Source: a bacterium (lineage in GTDB: Bacteria; DUMJ01). From it: 64,000 bases of DNA. Positions 46,838 to 55,731 of the stretch are shown piece after piece. A model generated the notes under the pieces. That model was not told the origin of the DNA. It made no database searches and saw only the letters and a program-made list of their open reading frames with translations. Location: NCBI GenBank assembly GCA_049969715.1, contig JBMFOH010000001.1:4232-68231 (forward strand), read 5' to 3'. The position numbers and the translations under genes were made by a program. Positions within the stretch are counted from its first letter, which is position 1; every line of letters starts with the position of its first letter.

Positions 46838-47836
46838 TTACTTGATATCTTCTATTAGTCTTTCTATAATATTTTGTCCTAACTGTCCTATAACAAGAAA
46901 GCTTTTGTCTTTATATTTCCAGACAATTCCTTCTATATCATCTACTCTCCAATAGAATACCTTCCTTCCACTTATATTTTTCTCTGTGGCGATTGGAGGT
47001 AATGGAGGGAGAGGTTTTATATTAAATACTAGGAAGCTCCTTATCCCATCAGAAAATTGAAGGACTATTCCATTTGGTACCTCTCTTACCCCAAGACATT
47101 CATACTCATTATTTAGTAGAGTGGGCATAGAAGATAATTCGGGATATTTCTTCTGGGCTTCTTGGATGGAGAGTATAGATTCCCCTTTCTGTTCGATCGT
47201 AGTTAAAAGTTCACTTGGTTTTTGCCATACAAATAGGGAATTATTCAAGGTTGGATTAAACTTTATCTCTGCATAGAAACTATACTGTCTTATTTTTCCA
47301 TCTGGAGAATAGAGCTCTCTTTTAAGGATAGTATATGTCTCATTGTCTATCCAAAGAGCTAATATAGGTTTTTTGTCTTCTTTGTCAGAGATAGTCACCT
47401 TTGTTATATCCCTATCTAAGAACTTAGAATGGGATTGGGTAATGTTGTAGTTCTTATATATAAGTTGAAGCTGCCTTTCCTGAAGTTGCTTTTGCTCTGG
47501 GCTAAATAGGGTTGGCTTTATAATGACTGTTCTTCTCTTTGCCTGATAATAGTATCTCTGGTTACCATCATCTATTAGGATATCTCCGGCCAATTCTGGG
47601 GGATATATATATTCTCTTCTGAATTTATTGGGAGCCATTGCAAATACCCTACTAATATTGAATTCTCTATGTCCATCAAGATATATTCCAGTGTTCTCTA
47701 CACCGACAAAACTTACCTGATTTTCTGCAGACCATGCCAAACTTAAAAGGTTAGATGGGGGTTGTGATATAGAGTGTCCTTTAATAGGAATAAGCAATAT
47801 AAAGAGTATTACTAAAAAGAAGAGTCCTCTTTTCAC
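46838..47836 (-). CDS. Periplasmic RseB/MucB-like (LolA-fold) protein
   Basis: 332 aa with signal peptide. Placed between the anti-sigma and HtrA genes, as rseB is. The N-terminal half has the beta-rich pattern of LolA-like folds. No decisive motif. Confidence 0.45.
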   Translation of the reverse strand: MKRGLFFLVILFILLIPIKGHSISQPPSNLLSLAWSAENQVSFVGVENTGIYLDGHREFNISRVFAMAPNKFRREYIYPPELAGDILIDDGNQRYYYQAKRRTVIIKPTLFSPEQKQLQERQLQLIYKNYNITQSHSKFLDRDITKVTISDKEDKKPILALWIDNETYTILKRELYSPDGKIRQYSFYAEIKFNPTLNNSLFVWQKPSELLTTIEQKGESILSIQEAQKKYPELSSMPTLLNNEYECLGVREVPNGIVLQFSDGIRSFLVFNIKPLPPLPPIATEKNISGRKVFYWRVDDIEGIVWKYKDKSFLVIGQLGQNIIERLIEDIK

Positions 47837-48285
47837 TTTATATAGTCTCCCAGCGCATTACTTACTGTGATAGCTAATCCAGGGTTATTTCTACTTATAT
47901 GTGTACCAGTGAAATCTACGTACTCTTTTACATAGGTATTTAAAGAAGGATTGGATATGTCACTAGAAGAATTCCAGATATTATTCATAGTAAAAAAAAC
48001 CAGTAATCCTATGCCAAAACCTAGTGCCAATTTAAATCCTAGGCTAAATCTTTTCTTTTTTCTCTTTTCTTCTTCTATCCTTTGAAATATCTGTGTTTCA
48101 AAATATGGACCTACCTCTAATATGGGGAAATAATCCATAAGACTATGGATCTTTTTTATACTTTCAAGATTCTTATTGCAACTTGTACAGTAGCTTAAAT
48201 GTTCCCTTATTGCCTCTATCTTCTCAGGAGGCAATTCCTTATCATAATATGCTGAAAGGAGTCTTCTTACTTCATCGCATCTCAT
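47833..48285 (-). CDS. Anti-sigma factor, zf-HC2 type, single-pass
   Basis: MRCDEVRRLLSAYYDKEL...HLSYCTSCN (H-x3-C-x2-C), central TM LALGFGIGLLVFF. Confidence 0.75.
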   Translation of the reverse strand: MRCDEVRRLLSAYYDKELPPEKIEAIREHLSYCTSCNKNLESIKKIHSLMDYFPILEVGPYFETQIFQRIEEEKRKKKRFSLGFKLALGFGIGLLVFFTMNNIWNSSSDISNPSLNTYVKEYVDFTGTHISRNNPGLAITVSNALGDYIK

Positions 48286-48862
48286 TTTCTCTTTCGACCT
48301 CCTCTACGCTCCAGAGGTCTTTTAGATAAGAGCGTAGTTTCATCCTCGCTCTGTATATCCTAGACTCCACTGTTCCTATAGGTATATTTAGCATCTCACC
48401 TATCTCCTCATAGGAAAGATTCTCCAGTTCTCTTAATACAAAAGCTGCCCGTAACTCTTCAGGAAGACTCTCTATAGCCTTCTTTATTGTCTCCTGAAGT
48501 TCGTGCCTTTCTGCCATTACCTCTGGGCTAAAATTTACAGGCTGAGCAAAGGTATTCCATGCCTCCTCTTCAATATCTTCCTCTTTATTCTTACTTTTCT
48601 CTCTCAATTTATCCATACATACATTTACCGTGATCTTGGAAATCCATGTTGAAAACTTGCTTTCCCCTTTAAAACCTCTTATGCTCTTGTAGACCTTTAT
48701 AAAGACCTCTTGAGCTATGTCCTCAGCATCATTTGTATCTCCAATAGTCCTATAGACGAGATTGAGGACGTATCTTTGATAACGCCTTATCAGGTCTCTG
48801 AAAGCATCATCGTTGCCTTTTTTAATCTTTTCAACAAGTAACTCATCTGTTTCTTCTACCAT
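48272..48862 (-). CDS. ECF-type RNA polymerase sigma factor
   Basis: Region 2 DAEDIAQEVFIKVYK, region 4 LSYEEIGEMLNIPIGTVESRIYRARMKL. 196 aa. Confidence 0.9.
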   Translation of the reverse strand: MVEETDELLVEKIKKGNDDAFRDLIRRYQRYVLNLVYRTIGDTNDAEDIAQEVFIKVYKSIRGFKGESKFSTWISKITVNVCMDKLREKSKNKEEDIEEEAWNTFAQPVNFSPEVMAERHELQETIKKAIESLPEELRAAFVLRELENLSYEEIGEMLNIPIGTVESRIYRARMKLRSYLKDLWSVEEVERENEMR

Positions 48863-48882
48863 TTTTGGCCTCTATTTAAAAA

Positions 48883-48909
48883 GACGTAAGAGAGCTTAAA
48901 TATATTCCC
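48883..48909 (-). promoter_or_regulatory. Candidate ECF-type autoregulatory promoter
   Basis: Minus strand reads GGGAAT, 17 nt, CGTC, about 20 nt upstream of the sigma ATG. It resembles the GGAAC-N16/17-CGT(C/T) ECF consensus. Confidence 0.3.
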
Positions 48910-48990
48910 AAAATATTATACTAGATTGAGATATAAAATCAAAGGGCTTGTAAATTATATCTCTTTATGATAAATTTATTACTAGTAAAT

Positions 48991-49081
48991 GGAGAGGTGG
49001 CTGAGTGGACTAAGGCGCTCGCCTGGAGAGCGAGTGGGCAGTGATACTGTCCCGTGGGTTCGAATCCCACCCTCTCCGCCA
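48991..49081 (+). tRNA. tRNA-Ser (anticodon GGA), class II with long variable arm, CCA encoded
   Basis: Acceptor GGAGAGG/CCTCTCC. Anticodon stem CTCGC/GCGAG with loop CTGGAGA. Variable arm GGGCAG..CTGTCC. T arm GTGGG TTCGAAT CCCAC. Discriminator G then CCA. Confidence 0.9.
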
Positions 49082-49090
49082 TTTTTGGAA

Positions 49091-49372
49091 GCTTCCCGGC
49101 TGTGCTAGGTGGGGAGTTAGCGGTGCCCTGAACCTGCAACCCGCTATAGCAGGACGGAACTCCTTCCTTGAGGTTAACTTAGTGCAGGCAATTTTATGGG
49201 GAATAGCTATGAAGGTTGGGCCCTATACAGCAGGGACCTACGAACCCCGTCAGGCCCGGAAGGGAGCAGCGGTAAGTAGTCATCTCTGGGTGATATAGGA
49301 TTACCTGACTGGAGCTATTTTCTCATAAAATCCTGTGTTAACGTTAATCGATTGGAAGGTGCACAGCCGGTT
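49091..49372 (+). ncRNA. ffs: Signal recognition particle RNA, long (Bacillus/Alu-domain) type
   Basis: Domain IV motif GTCAGGCCCGGAAGGGAGCAGC at about 49250-49271. The 5' GGCTGTGCTAGGTGGGGAGTTAGCGGTGCCCTGAACCTGCAACCCGC and 3' AATCGATTGGAAGGTGCACAGCCGG closely parallel the B. subtilis scRNA ends. The terminal helix CCGGCTGTGC/GCACAGCCGG is followed by TTTTT. Position upstream of dnaX matches B. subtilis. Confidence 0.8.
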
Positions 49373-49397
49373 TTTAAGTGAAGGAGATCGACTGTTA

Positions 49398-50852
49398 ATG
49401 AAGTATACTGCTCTTTACAGGAAGTGGAGGTCTCAAAGATTTAATGAAGTAGTAGGCCAAGAGCATATAGTAAAGGCTCTTACTAATGCTATAAGTATGG
49501 GTTGGATTTCACATGCCTACCTTTTCTCTGGTCCTCGAGGAACAGGTAAAACTACGGTGGCTAGAATTTTTGCTAAGTCATTAAATTGTGTAAATGGTCC
49601 TACTATTGAGCCCTGTAATAAGTGTGAGCAATGCATATCTATTCAGCAGGGCACATCTTTAGATGTAATAGAGCTTGATGCGGCTAGTAATAGGGGTATT
49701 GATGAGATAAGAAATCTGAGAGAACAAATACGTTTTGTCCCTATGGGTGGGAAATATAGAGTCTTTATAATAGATGAAGCCCATATGCTTACACAAGAGG
49801 CATTTAATGCTCTTTTAAAGACTCTCGAAGAGCCTCCCTCAAATATAATATTTATTCTTGCTACTACAGATCCTCAGAAGATCCCTCCTACTATCGCCTC
49901 TAGATGTTTAAGATTCGATTTTAGAAGGATACCTAATAATCTTATAAAGAAGCGTTTGAAGGAGATAGCTGAAGGAGAAAATGTCCCTTATGATGATGGC
50001 TCTTTGGATATCTTATCTAAGTATGCGGATGGCTCTCTAAGGGATGCATTGGCATATATGGAGGAATCCATACTCTATGGGGGAGGAAGATTAAAAGAAA
50101 AAGAGGTTATAGAATGTTTAGGGATTCCTTCAGAGTTACAAGTAAGAGATTTCCTAATCGCTATTTATAAGGGAGATATAAACAAGACTCTAGAGATATT
50201 AGATGAAATTATAGGGAGAGGAGTAGAGATAAAGGTCTTTGTGGATAACGTACTTTCTTCTCTCAAGGAGATGGCTTTTTCCAGCGAGAAGAGGTCTGGA
50301 ATAAACTGGAGTATAGATGACATAGTTAAGTGTATCTCTATCTTTGAAGACGTTTCTTCTAAACTTCGTTGGTACAGTTTTCCAAGGCTGGTGCTAGAGG
50401 TAGGAGTGGCAAAGATTATAAACATACTGAAACATCCAATAGTAGTCTCTGAGCCTGAGAAATCAGAGATACCTTCCATTGAGTTTTCTGTGGACCTTGA
50501 AAGGATAAAAGACCTATGGCCATTATTTTTGGATGCTGTCAAGAAAGAAAGTATTCGCCTCCATGCTGTTTTAAGAGAATGCTCTCCAAGGTCTTTTTCA
50601 GATGACACTCTTACAGTAAGTGTTAAGGCTGGTCTTTCCTTTCATCATGAATACTTGAACAGGATAGAGAATAAAAGGATTTTAGAGAGGATACTGCATA
50701 GTGTTCTGAAGAGGAATGTAAAGATAGATTTTATAATGGAAGATGGGAAGGAAGATAAGATAAAATCTGCTGTGAATAAGGTAGCTGAGATCTTTAATGG
50801 CTCAGTAATTGCTACTAAGAAGGAGGAAAAAAAGGATGAAGACGGGGTTTAA
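49398..50852 (+). CDS. dnaX: DNA polymerase III gamma/tau subunit
   Basis: YRKWRSQRFNEVVGQEH, Walker A GPRGTGKTT, Zn module CNKCEQC, Walker B IIDEAHML, SRC motif. ATG 49398 follows AAGGAG. The track ORF start at 49335 lies inside the SRP RNA. Confidence 0.9.
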   Translation: MKYTALYRKWRSQRFNEVVGQEHIVKALTNAISMGWISHAYLFSGPRGTGKTTVARIFAKSLNCVNGPTIEPCNKCEQCISIQQGTSLDVIELDAASNRGIDEIRNLREQIRFVPMGGKYRVFIIDEAHMLTQEAFNALLKTLEEPPSNIIFILATTDPQKIPPTIASRCLRFDFRRIPNNLIKKRLKEIAEGENVPYDDGSLDILSKYADGSLRDALAYMEESILYGGGRLKEKEVIECLGIPSELQVRDFLIAIYKGDINKTLEILDEIIGRGVEIKVFVDNVLSSLKEMAFSSEKRSGINWSIDDIVKCISIFEDVSSKLRWYSFPRLVLEVGVAKIINILKHPIVVSEPEKSEIPSIEFSVDLERIKDLWPLFLDAVKKESIRLHAVLRECSPRSFSDDTLTVSVKAGLSFHHEYLNRIENKRILERILHSVLKRNVKIDFIMEDGKEDKIKSAVNKVAEIFNGSVIATKKEEKKDEDGV

Positions 50853-51156
50853 TAGAGAGAACATATTGAAGCAGGTGCAGAGGCTTCAAGATGATATGAA
50901 GAAGGCTCAGGAGGAACTGGCAAATGAGGTAGTGGAGGGGAGCGCAGGTGGGGGGAAGATAATAGTAAGATGTAATGGTAACCAAGAGATTTTAGAAATA
51001 AAGATAGATAGAGAGGTAGTAGATGTAGAAGACATAGAAATGTTAGAAGACCTCATATTGGCAGCAGTGAGGGATGCTATGGAAAAGTCTAAGTCTTTGG
51101 CAGAAGAAAAGATGTCTATGTTTACTAAGCAGTTCGGGATTCCAGGACTTTTTTAA
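50836..51156 (+). CDS. ybaB: Nucleoid-associated protein YbaB/EbfC
   Basis: LKQVQRLQDDMKKAQEELANEVVEGSAGGGKIIVRCNGNQEILEIKID. ATG 50836 follows AGGAGG. Confidence 0.9.
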   Translation: MKTGFNRENILKQVQRLQDDMKKAQEELANEVVEGSAGGGKIIVRCNGNQEILEIKIDREVVDVEDIEMLEDLILAAVRDAMEKSKSLAEEKMSMFTKQFGIPGLF

Positions 51157-51743
51157 TGACAGAAAGTTTTAATAGACTGGTCTCAGAGTTAGAAATACTG
51201 CCTGGGATAGGGCCTAAACTTGCCTTTAGGATAGCTTATTATATATTTAAGTCTTCGTCTCAGGATATTGCCAGATTAACTCAGGCGATATCAGATGTAA
51301 AGGAGAAGGTCCGACCCTGTCCTATCTGTTTTAATCTAACCGAAGATGATATATGTGAGATATGTAAAGATCCAGCAAGAGACCGGTCTACTATTTGTGT
51401 AGTAGAGGAACCGAAGGATATAATTCCAATAGAGAATACTAGTTCATATAAGGGGCTCTACCATGTTCTTATGGGACGGATCGCTCCACTTGAAGGTATT
51501 GGACCTAAGGACCTTACAATTGAAGCCCTTTTAAGACGAATTACTCCTGAGATAAAGGAGATTATTATAGCTACAAATCTAGATATAGAAGGGGAGACTA
51601 CTGCTACCTACCTATCAAAGGTTCTTAAACCATTTGGTTTGACTGTAACTCGCCTTGCTCAAGGGCTCCCTACAGGGTCAGAGATTGAATATGCGGATGA
51701 ATTTACTTTAAGAGAAGCAATATTGGGGCGTAAACCATTCTAG
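51156..51743 (+). CDS. recR: Recombination protein RecR
   Basis: HhH LPGIGPKLAFRIAYY, C4 zinc finger CPICFNLTEDDICEICKD, Toprim domain. Confidence 0.95.
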   Translation: MTESFNRLVSELEILPGIGPKLAFRIAYYIFKSSSQDIARLTQAISDVKEKVRPCPICFNLTEDDICEICKDPARDRSTICVVEEPKDIIPIENTSSYKGLYHVLMGRIAPLEGIGPKDLTIEALLRRITPEIKEIIIATNLDIEGETTATYLSKVLKPFGLTVTRLAQGLPTGSEIEYADEFTLREAILGRKPF

Positions 51744-51744
51744 T

Positions 51745-52215
51745 ATGAAGACTTCTGGTTTTACGTTAGTAGAGCTCCTGATAGTTTTTGCAATGCTTGG
51801 ATTTATAGGAATTTTAAGCTATAATGGTATAACTAATTCGTTAGAGTATCTTTCTCTGTATAATAGTGCAGTTCTACTTGCAAATGATATAAAGGAGTGT
51901 CAAAATATAAGTATGCAGGAGGGGGTTATTAGTAGGATTGTTCTAGATATAGTAGGAGATAGGTATTATCTAGTAAAGGTAGAGAATACCCCTAAGGTTT
52001 TTAGGGCTGTTTCTCTCATTGGAGGCGTAGACCTAAACTGGACTAACTTTGCTAAATATAGGATAGAGTTCGATCCAGTAGGATGTCCTGATATGAGAGA
52101 TGTAGGTACCCCTGACAAGGGTGGTACAGTGGCTTTAAAGTCTAAAAACAGATGGGTGTATGTGATTATTACTCCGGTGACAGGTCATGTTAGAGTCTCT
52201 GAGAAATTACCATAA
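51745..52215 (+). CDS. Prepilin-type N-terminal cleavage/methylation domain protein (GspH/FimT-like minor pilin)
   Basis: MKTSG/FTLVELLIVFAMLGFIG class III signal peptide. 156 aa. Confidence 0.7.
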   Translation: MKTSGFTLVELLIVFAMLGFIGILSYNGITNSLEYLSLYNSAVLLANDIKECQNISMQEGVISRIVLDIVGDRYYLVKVENTPKVFRAVSLIGGVDLNWTNFAKYRIEFDPVGCPDMRDVGTPDKGGTVALKSKNRWVYVIITPVTGHVRVSEKLP

Positions 52216-52618
52216 AAATGGTTTTACCCTCATAGAGTTATTTATTGCTATAGTAGTTATAGCCTTAGCTATAACTGGGGTTATAGTCTTCTTTCCTACT
52301 TCGCAGAAGATTACAAGTGATCTGGCTTTGAGAAATAAGATAGCCAATAGCGTAGTCTCTAAGGTAGAAGAGCTGAAAGGATTAGGATATAAGACCTTGA
52401 AGAATTTGGTCGGAACATATAAAACTACTGATTCTTCATTAAATGAGACTCTGAAGATGTCTGAGTGGAAGAATGAATTGAACAGGCTTGTGCCTGGGTC
52501 AGAGGGAAGTATAGATATAGAGATAGGAAATATCAAATCATATCTCCTCTCTGTAAGGGTAAAGATTACTTGGGGAGATAATAAGAGCTATGAAATATTC
52601 ACATATATTGCCCCATAG
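52187..52618 (+). CDS. Prepilin-type minor pilin (PilV-like)
   Basis: Leader ...HKNG/FTLIELFIAIVVIALAITG. 143 aa. Confidence 0.7.
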   Translation: MLESLRNYHKNGFTLIELFIAIVVIALAITGVIVFFPTSQKITSDLALRNKIANSVVSKVEELKGLGYKTLKNLVGTYKTTDSSLNETLKMSEWKNELNRLVPGSEGSIDIEIGNIKSYLLSVRVKITWGDNKSYEIFTYIAP

Positions 52619-53042
52619 GATGGGCTTTACAATAATAGAGCTTCTTATTACTATGTTGGTTCTTGCCTTTGTTATTGGCATGGTATATGATGTCTATCAG
52701 ATGGGGTTGTTTGTATACAAAGATAGTGAGACTAAGCTTTGGACTACTCAAGAAGCTAGGATGTCTCTTGAGAGGATAATAAGAGAAGCTAGAGTTGCGA
52801 AGAGTCAACCTCTTCCTACTGTATTAAGTGATGGCTTTAGCTTCCAAACAAATACCGATACAATCTCCTTTCGAATAGTTGGCGATAAGATCCTTAGATA
52901 CAAGAATAATGTCGCTGGTAATATTATAGCCACTAATGTCTCCTCATTTACAGTTATACTCTCTGGCGGTTCGTATAAAATTATGATAAAATTTAAAAAT
53001 AATTATGAGGTTTCTGGAGAATTTACTCCAAGAAATAAGTAG
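52590..53042 (+). CDS. Prepilin-type minor pilin (PilW-like)
   Basis: Leader ...HRMG/FTIIELLITMLVLAFVIG. 150 aa. Confidence 0.7.
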   Translation: MKYSHILPHRMGFTIIELLITMLVLAFVIGMVYDVYQMGLFVYKDSETKLWTTQEARMSLERIIREARVAKSQPLPTVLSDGFSFQTNTDTISFRIVGDKILRYKNNVAGNIIATNVSSFTVILSGGSYKIMIKFKNNYEVSGEFTPRNK

Positions 53043-53055
53043 GTGGTGAGGGAGG

Positions 53056-54129
53056 ATGAAACTAAAAAGGGAGAATAGTATGGTAGGGTTAGATATAGGG
53101 GAATCCTCTATAAAAGCGGTAGAACTTTCCTCTAGAGAAAATGAAGTATATATAGAAGGTTTTGCCAGTCTTGTTTATCCAGAAAAGGTTATAGAGAATG
53201 GAGAATTTCAGAATGTGCCTCTCTTTGTTGACCTTCTTAGTGAACTATGGGAACATGGAAATTTTATGTCTAAAAAGGTTAGTGTCTCCTGGAAAGGAGA
53301 AAATGAATTCTTGAAGGTTTTTAATCTACCTGTCCTTCCGGAAAAGGAACTTTATGAAGCGGTTAAACTAGAGATTTCTAGTAGATATGAAGTAGATCCG
53401 AATCTTGTCGCCTTTGATTATTTCCCTTTTGAAAGGGATGAAAAGAGTAAAGAGATAAAACTACTCACTGCTGGAATCCCTAAGGAATTGGCTAGAACTA
53501 TATACACATCAATAAAAGAGAATGGTTTATATCTTGAGGCTATTGAGCCAGAGTATATATGTCAGTTAAATGTAATTCCTTTTATAGAAGAAAATTTTAT
53601 CCTTCTAAATATAGGGGCATCTGATACGATATTGTATATGAGTAACAAGGGTGTCATAAACGTTATGCGATTATTAAAATTCGGTGGCAATATGGCTACC
53701 GAAGTGATATCTTCTTCTCTCAATATCTCCCTCTTAGACGCAGAAATATGGAAGAAGGAGAAGTTATCGATAGACGTAGGCTATAGTAAGATGATAGTAA
53801 GTGAGGCGTTACTTGGAATGTTTACTCCGTTCTTAAGAGAGATCAATAGGTCTATAGAGTACTTCTATCAGGTTTCTTCTTCTTACCCTAATAGTGTAAT
53901 TCTAGATGGAGGAGGCTCACTTCTTTTTGGACTGAAAGAATATCTAGAGAGGGAATTAGCGCTTTCTGTGCGTACCCTAGATATCCCTGAGATGATAAAG
54001 AATGGAGATAAATTGGATAATAATTTTAATAGCTATTCAATCGCTTTAGGGGCAGCATTGAGCGGAATGAATTATACACCTAAATATCGTTTTGCTGCCG
54101 AACTTGAATTTGGGAGGATAACAGTATAA
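53056..54129 (+). CDS. pilM: Type IV pilus assembly protein PilM (actin-like ATPase fold)
   Basis: VGLDIGESSIKAVEL phosphate-1 motif, ILDGGGSLLFGL. 357 aa, followed by small bitopic genes. Confidence 0.8.
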   Translation: MKLKRENSMVGLDIGESSIKAVELSSRENEVYIEGFASLVYPEKVIENGEFQNVPLFVDLLSELWEHGNFMSKKVSVSWKGENEFLKVFNLPVLPEKELYEAVKLEISSRYEVDPNLVAFDYFPFERDEKSKEIKLLTAGIPKELARTIYTSIKENGLYLEAIEPEYICQLNVIPFIEENFILLNIGASDTILYMSNKGVINVMRLLKFGGNMATEVISSSLNISLLDAEIWKKEKLSIDVGYSKMIVSEALLGMFTPFLREINRSIEYFYQVSSSYPNSVILDGGGSLLFGLKEYLERELALSVRTLDIPEMIKNGDKLDNNFNSYSIALGAALSGMNYTPKYRFAAELEFGRITV

Positions 54130-54665
54130 TGTTAGACCTAGGGAGAGAATTTAAAAAAGAAGAACAGAGATTAAGGATACAGTCTCTTCTTCAGACTTTA
54201 CTTATTATCGTCTTTCTCTCTACTGGTTTTGCAAACTATTATATCTTTTGGCTAAGGGAAAACATAGTTCAGTCTGAAATAAAAAGCATCGATACTCAAC
54301 TAGCTGTTCTTCTTCCAATAGAAGATAGGATTAAGAGCAAGACCCTTCGATTAAATAGCCTTATAGCAGACAGAAAGGCAATGGAGGTAAAATTAAATGA
54401 ACCAAGAGCTAATTTAGGTCTAGTAAGAGATATCTCTATATATGCCCCTTTAGGTCTTTGGTTGACAAGTCTGAACATATCCTCTTCGGTTGTTACTTTT
54501 GATGGTTATAGTAGGTCTATCAAAGGAATAAAGGATTTTGTTCAGTCGTTGATTGATAACCTTGATAATAGTTCTCTTAGCAAAAGTAATATCCAGAGGG
54601 TAAAGTTAGAAGGTGATGAGTATTATAGTTTCCATATAGAGATAGGAAGAGGTGGAGGAAGATGA
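54129..54665 (+). CDS. pilN: PilN-like bitopic pilus assembly protein
   Basis: 178 aa, single TM after a short cytoplasmic N-terminus, position after pilM. The canonical INLLP motif is not evident. Confidence 0.55.
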   Translation: MLDLGREFKKEEQRLRIQSLLQTLLIIVFLSTGFANYYIFWLRENIVQSEIKSIDTQLAVLLPIEDRIKSKTLRLNSLIADRKAMEVKLNEPRANLGLVRDISIYAPLGLWLTSLNISSSVVTFDGYSRSIKGIKDFVQSLIDNLDNSSLSKSNIQRVKLEGDEYYSFHIEIGRGGGR

Positions 54666-55195
54666 GAGTCAGTTTCCTTGAGAATAGGAGAATACTAATA
54701 ATTTTAGTGGCAGTTATCTTTTATATTTTATGGACGACCTTTGTTGTTTATCCAAAGGGATTGGAAATCCAGCAACTTCAAAGAGAGCTCAATGAAAAAA
54801 GATTAAAGCTAATCCAAGCACAGGCCTTTCCTATTAGAGAGCGACAGTTAGATGCCGCAATTGCAGAGGAAGAGGCTAGGATAGCAAGTCTGAAGAGGAG
54901 GGTTTATACCTATAAATTCATTTCTTCTCTATTAAAGGACATAGAAGATATAAGTAAAAAATACAATATAGAGGTAGTCTCATTGGACGGACCAACTTTA
55001 CTTGAAAAGGGTGATGTCGATTTTAATTTTACAGTTACAGGAAGTTATCTAGATTTTGTCCCATGGATGTATGAATTGAGTACATTAAAGGCACTAAACT
55101 TTACTCAACTTAGTGCAAAGAGGGAGGAGAATAAAATCCTTTATAGTGGAATCTTGGAGATTTCTCCTCTAAAGGAGGAGGTAAATGGAAAGTAG
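54662..55195 (+). CDS. pilO: PilO-like bitopic pilus assembly protein
   Basis: 177 aa. TM, then coiled coil (LQRELNEKRLKLIQAQ), then a ferredoxin-like C-terminal domain. Assigned by gene order. Confidence 0.5.
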   Translation: MRVSFLENRRILIILVAVIFYILWTTFVVYPKGLEIQQLQRELNEKRLKLIQAQAFPIRERQLDAAIAEEEARIASLKRRVYTYKFISSLLKDIEDISKKYNIEVVSLDGPTLLEKGDVDFNFTVTGSYLDFVPWMYELSTLKALNFTQLSAKREENKILYSGILEISPLKEEVNGK

Positions 55196-55730
55196 AGTCT
55201 CCTTAATAATGGTCATCTCTCTTGTCTGTGTAAGTCTCTTTATAACCTTTTGGTTTTCGACCAGATTTTTGGGGGAAGAGTATCTCTCAATAAATCCTCT
55301 GCCCTCTTTACCTTTGATACCTAAGGAAAGTGTTGAAACTGCTTTTCTTTATCCTCCAGAGGTCTTTCGTGATCCATTTAAGGGACCAATTATCTCTAGA
55401 CCTAAAATAGAGACAACTCCAGTAGTGGAAACTAGAGAGATACTTCCTCCTCCTAAGGTAACTACTCCGATAGAACATGTTCCTTCTAAGGTGACTCAAG
55501 AAAAGCCTAAATCCCAAGTTGTGCAACCTCCACCCTTACCCAGATTTAAAGTTACTGGTATTATTTATGATGAAAACCCTATTGCTATAGTAGAATTTAA
55601 TGGCCAGAGTAGTATCTTAGGAGAAGAAAGCGAGATTACAAAGGATTTAAAGGTCAGAAAAATATATATAGATTCTATAGATGTCTTGTGGAAAGGGAAA
55701 AACTATAATGTAAAGTTAGGGGGTAATTAA
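55185..55730 (+). CDS. PilP-like proline-rich periplasmic protein
   Basis: 181 aa. N-terminal anchor, Pro-rich linker (PPPKVTTPIEHVPSKV...QPPPLP), C-terminal beta domain (FKVTGIIYDENPIAIVEFNG), as in PilP/PilW-type secretin partners. Confidence 0.4.
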   Translation: MESRVSLIMVISLVCVSLFITFWFSTRFLGEEYLSINPLPSLPLIPKESVETAFLYPPEVFRDPFKGPIISRPKIETTPVVETREILPPPKVTTPIEHVPSKVTQEKPKSQVVQPPPLPRFKVTGIIYDENPIAIVEFNGQSSILGEESEITKDLKVRKIYIDSIDVLWKGKNYNVKLGGN

Positions 55731-55731
55731 A

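Noticed and set aside
48939-49298. ORFs 48939-49139(-) and 49041-49298(+), offered as 66- and 85-aa proteins.
   Set aside because: They are fully covered by tRNA-Ser and the SRP RNA, and structured GC-rich RNA genes commonly give spurious ORFs.
49335-49397. N-terminal 21-codon extension of dnaX (MLTLIDWKVHSRFLSEGDRLL).
   Set aside because: It overlaps the 3' helix of the SRP RNA. The conserved DnaX N-terminus (YRKWRSQRF) begins right after the ATG at 49398, which has an AAGGAG RBS.
50827-50833. A7 tract in dnaX, considered as a programmed frameshift or slippage site for gamma/tau production.
   Set aside because: It lies only about 6 codons before the dnaX stop and forms part of the AGGAGGAAAAAAAGG RBS of ybaB. 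A shift there could not generate a meaningfully shorter gamma subunit.
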